NCBI GenBank assembly: GCA_026770705.1
Contig: JANJGN010000036.1
Coordinates: 5,642,001 to 5,706,000 of the forward strand
Length of the DNA stretch: 64,000 bases
Direction: 5' to 3'
DNA from: Isurus oxyrinchus
Taxonomy: Eukaryota
A model generated the notes under the pieces. It saw only the letters and a list, made by a program, of their open reading frames with translations, was not told the DNA's origin and did no database searches. Positions 62,343-64,000 of the stretch are shown here, in pieces (position 1 is the stretch's first letter; each line of letters opens with the position of its first letter). A program made the translations under genes and the position numbers.

Positions 62343-62456
62343 AGGAAGAGATAAATAACATGAAAACCGAGCTGGAGAAAATATGGGATCCAGATGCCTT
62401 CGTTAGTAAGATTGGTGGAATCCTGGCCAATGAGCTCTCGGTCGACGAAGCAGCAG
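62343..62456 (+). CDS. IQGAP3: IQGAP3 exon 7 (EEEINNMKTELEK[IWDPDAFV]SKIGGILANELSVDEAA), with an internal +1/-1 frameshift pair
   Basis: cccttacag| acceptor and |gtaaga donor; 114 bp. The gene continues beyond the window. Confidence 0.92.
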
Positions 62457-64000
62457 GTAAGATTTGGACATTGGCCAGATTGTGCACTGAGGATGCAGAC
62501 ATAAAACTATTAGCTTTCCAAAGCTTTAAAGAGGAAGGCAGGTCTCAAGGAATACTCTGCCACAGTGTTCTACTTCACTTTCCATCCCAGATTATATATT
62601 TAAATTAATTCTCTAGATTGCTAGCAAGGTTGACATTTATTGCCCTTCCCTAATTGCCCCCCTGAGAAGGTGGGGGGTGAGCTGCCTTCTTGAGCCGCTG
62701 CAGTCCATGTGGTGTAGGTGCACCCCCAGTGCTTGTTAGGGAGGGAGCTCCAGGGTTTGGACCCAGCGACAGTGAAGGAACGGCCGATATATTTCCAAGT
62801 CAGGATGGTGAGTGGCTCGGAGGGGAACTTCCAGGTGGTGGTGTTCCCCATGTGTCTGCTGCCTTGTCCTTCTAGATGGTAGCGGTCGTGGGTTTGGAAG
62901 GTGCTGTCTAAGGAGCCTTGGTGAGTCGCTGCAGTGCATCTTGTAGATGGTACACACACTGCTGCTACTGTGTGTCGGTGGTGGGAGGGAGTTGAATGTT
63001 TGTGGATGGGGTGCCAATCAAGCGGGCTGCTTTGTCCTGGATGGTGTCGAGCTTCTTGAGTGTTGTTGGATGGTAGAGGGTGTGGGTTTTGTAAATCATA
63101 GACCCATACTCTGATTATTACCTGTGCAGTGAAGTCACCACCACCGTGGACTGCCTGGGTTTGCGTTGTAAGCTTTGTATTTGATGTAGGGTCAGCCTGG
63201 CTGTGCTAGATTTCTGTCACGGTGGCATGTTGCAAGTTGACTATTTTACAAAGCACACCAGTGGCATCTACTGGTGGTGAGAAGCTGCACACTGGCCAGT
63301 GGTAAAATTTCAAGTCCTCCTCACCGCCCCAAGGGCGCAGCTGTGACCTTTCTGCCGAGCCCCCTGCGGCTTTCGCTTTCTCGAAGGCTGGTTTTGCGCA
63401 GCAGTGTCACGGCGCGGAGCGGTTTCACCTGGGTATCGACGCTGGGAACCCGGTCCCGGGACCCGGCGCTGCACGGACCTCCGCTGCCAGGCGAGAGCGG
63501 CTGCGTGCTGCTGTCCGATGGTGGCGCAGAGAGCAGCGTTCAAGAGCCCGCTCGCTCTCCGAGGGGAAACGGCAGCACTTTGCGCAGCCGGGCCCTGCAC
63601 TCATACAGCCTTAAGGGAATGGGGTTCTCGGCTTTTAAGTTGGTGACTGACCAAAAATTCTTGCCGCTCGTTAAAATTAGGCCAGTCCTGAGCGTGGCTG
63701 ATAGGTTGTAATAGGATTCTAACCCGGAAGCAACCATCGATCTTGGAGCCTGACGTTTATTTTCCACAGTGGGTTGTTGCAAATTACTAGAACCACTTCA
63801 CCTGCTTTGTGAGACTAATTGCCTGAAGCCTGTTTATAATAGATGGATTCTCATTGATCTCGGCTAGCACAGCGGTACTGGTACTGTTTACTATGTACAG
63901 CGGCACCTTGGAACTTTATCAGCTGGCTGGCTTCAGTGTTTTCCCCCCTTTCTCCGCTCAAGGTCTGGATTCCTGTTGGGGGTGCATCAGGGAGCTTGAT

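Noticed and set aside
63290-63680. GC-rich block with ORFs as an IQGAP3 exon
   Set aside because: Does not encode the expected next sequence (HAAV.AINEA); more likely an old non-autonomous repeat.

Overview
Eukaryotic (vertebrate) genomic DNA. The repeat content (DeuSINE/SacSINE-like SINEs, CR1/L2 LINEs, Penelope elements, typical minisatellites) suggests a cartilaginous fish, probably a shark; this is inference and no species is claimed. Two protein-coding genes lie head-to-head around a CpG-island promoter at ~37.3-37.9 kb. On the minus strand is TTC24 (TPR protein): 7 coding exons from 23579 down to 4548, a probable 5' exon at ~37340-37500, and an unresolved 3' end. On the plus strand is IQGAP3: coding exons 1-7 from 37885 to 62456 (CH domain), continuing past the window. 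The rest is intronic: CR1, RTE and Penelope retroelements, a decayed Gypsy LTR element with nested insertions, SINEs, MITEs, about 10 tandem arrays and N gaps. The most notable observations are: minimal hammerhead-ribozyme motifs in two Penelope families; short palindromic, TSD-flanked elements built from Penelope termini; a bidirectional promoter with an RFX X-box, inverted ACTACAnnTCCC motifs and E2F/CHR-like sites; compensating frameshifts in IQGAP3 exon 7; a perfect 116-bp inverted duplication next to a TTC24 exon; and a LINE whose 5' end is a tRNA-like SINE head. All homology calls come from recalled family motifs, not database searches. No convincingly new protein-coding system was found.
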